Source of the DNA: a virus
DNA: 64,000 nt
Reading direction: 5' to 3' (one strand)
Virus record (IMG/VR): IMGVR_UViG_3300029362_000002
The notes under the pieces: generated by a model
The model's input: the letters and a program-made list of their open reading frames with translations, nothing else
What the model was told of the DNA's origin: nothing
Databases searched by the model: none
Program-made: the position numbers and the translations under genes
Part shown: positions 63,070 to 64,000 of the stretch, one piece after another
How the letters are laid out: each line of letters begins with the position of its first letter
How positions within the stretch are numbered: position 1 is the stretch's first letter

Positions 63070-63459
63070 TCAGCCGGATAATCTTTTCCCTTCGTCAACG
63101 TATTTCTTTGAGTCCTCGACAGCACGCAAGAAGCCCTTAATTTCTCCCATAAATTCATATTGTTTGCTCATGGGAAGTTCATGGAATAAATCCAAAAGTT
63201 CTTCGTCCATTGCGGAAAGCTTCGGCTCTTGAACCTCTGGCTGTTCTATGACAGCAGGACGCTCTTGACCGGTCAGGAGATAATCCAGCGAAACGCAAAG
63301 AAAATTTGCAATGGCCGGCATATAGCGAGCCGGAGGATCTTTCTTCCTGGTTTTCCATGTAGACATAGTAGATGTTTGGATATCGAGAACCTTGCACAAT
63401 TCTATGGCCGTTTTATCACGCTCTGCGAGTAAATCGGATATGCGTTCAATGATTTCCAT
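63070..63459 (-). CDS. XRE/CI-like phage repressor
   Basis: The ATG at 63459 follows GGAGGTGTCTA. HTH segment KTAIELCKVLDIQTSTMSTWKTRK. The ORF-track extension to 63693 runs through the promoter region. Confidence 0.75.
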   Translation of the reverse strand: MEIIERISDLLAERDKTAIELCKVLDIQTSTMSTWKTRKKDPPARYMPAIANFLCVSLDYLLTGQERPAVIEQPEVQEPKLSAMDEELLDLFHELPMSKQYEFMGEIKGFLRAVEDSKKYVDEGKRLSG

Positions 63460-63505
63460 TAGACACCTCCAAGTGTAAAAATATACGCAAATACGAGGTA
63501 AAATC

Positions 63506-63534
63506 TTTACAAATACGCAGATTCGTACTATAAT
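63506..63534 (+). promoter_or_regulatory. Early promoter P3 (TTTACA-17-TATAAT) facing the cro-like gene
   Basis: Same layout as P1 and P2. The spacer AATACGCAGATTCGTAC is related to the P1/P2 spacer AATACGCAAGTGCGAGT. Confidence 0.6.
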
Positions 63535-63687
63535 ATAACCATGAAACAAATTATTATTCGTGGTTGCGAGCCTATGATTTAAAATCTGTTTCATGGTGAT
63601 TGCGTGTTCGTAATAACTCGTATTTGTATTATAGCACGCACTCGGGAAAAATGCAAATGCGAATCGCAGATGCAAGAAAGGAGATCG

Positions 63688-64000
63688 ATGCAAATGAGCA
63701 ATACTACTGTCCCCATTTCTGAATGGTGCAAGGAAATAAGAGTTGCGCTTGCGAGGAAGGAAATGAACCTTCAGAGTGTAGCTGATGAAATCGGCTACAG
63801 CTATACAACGATAACAGCCCTTATCAGCGGCCGGATCGTAAAGGATAATTACCTGGATATCGCAAAGAAAATTAACGAAGTTCTGGAAGTGAACGTGCTT
63901 CCGGAAAAGCCGCAGCTTCCGTCCGATGAATGGTGTGGAGCAGTGCGAGCAAAACTGTATGTAAAAAAAATGAACATCAGCGAGCTGAGCAAGTCCATCG
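63688..64000 (+). CDS. Cro/antirepressor-like protein with two tandem HTH-like repeats, 3' end cut by the window edge
   Basis: AAAGGAG RBS; ATG at 63688 or 63694. EWCKEIRVALARKEMNLQSVADEIGYSYTTITALISGR is followed by a second EWCGAVRAKLYVKKMNISELSKSI segment. No stop codon before the window ends. Confidence 0.55.
   Translation, partial: MQMSNTTVPISEWCKEIRVALARKEMNLQSVADEIGYSYTTITALISGRIVKDNYLDIAKKINEVLEVNVLPEKPQLPSDEWCGAVRAKLYVKKMNISELSKSI

Larger units (their letters stand above)
1..64000. mobile_element. Temperate tailed-phage genome segment (contractile tail, PBSX/Xkd-like morphogenesis module) carrying a DGR
   Basis: Uninterrupted phage gene order: recombination/replication, methylase-ParB-terminase, portal-head, sheath-tube-chaperone-tape measure-baseplate-fibre, DGR, holin-lysin, accessory early blocks, attP-like repeats, integrase, repressor, cro-like gene. 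I saw no rRNA, tRNA, CRISPR array or host housekeeping gene. Confidence 0.85.

Overview
The window is almost entirely a temperate, contractile-tailed phage genome. Its RBS style (GGAGG), PBSX/Xkd-like tail genes and CW_7/LysM lysis domains suggest a Firmicutes/Clostridia-type host. Nearly all genes are on the + strand; the exception is a minus-strand lysogeny operon at 61.0-63.5 kb.

Gene order:
- RecT/exonuclease/replisome organizer/RusA early genes (0.8-5.7 kb), then many small ORFs
- Dam-like methylase, ParB-like protein, terS and terL (10.8-15 kb)
- Portal and a Mu F/SPP1 gp7-like head protein fused to an ADP-ribosyltransferase domain
- Scaffold, decoration and major capsid genes, then sheath, tube and a chaperone with a -1 frameshift site
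- A 1764-aa tape measure, baseplate (XkdP-U-like) and fibre genes
- A complete diversity-generating retroelement (DGR) at 39.8-42.9 kb
- Holin and a multidomain endolysin (to 46.1 kb)
- A 1-kb non-coding island holding an Fst/PepA1-like type I toxin-antitoxin candidate and two adjacent DnaA boxes
- Two accessory early blocks (47.1-60.6 kb)
- An attP-like repeat region, integrase, two lysogeny-operon morons, an XRE repressor and a divergent cro-like gene

Most notable observations:
1. The DGR has two targets. One is the fibre-tip protein next to the RT. The other is a full-length paralogue about 15 kb away inside an early accessory block, and its VR carries a 1-nt insertion that frameshifts the last 11 codons.
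2. Both VRs are followed by the same arrangement of AACTGA repeats and a GC hairpin.
3. Three near-identical sigma-A-type promoters carry a conserved 12-mer in their spacers. Two of them sit in a perfect 61-bp repeat. This suggests a repressor regulon that covers the accessory blocks.
4. A G10/C10 homopolymer lies inside a nuclease-fold moron co-transcribed with the repressor and integrase.
5. A small conserved-looking ORF is interrupted by an in-frame TGA.

All family assignments come from motif recognition by eye, not from database searches.
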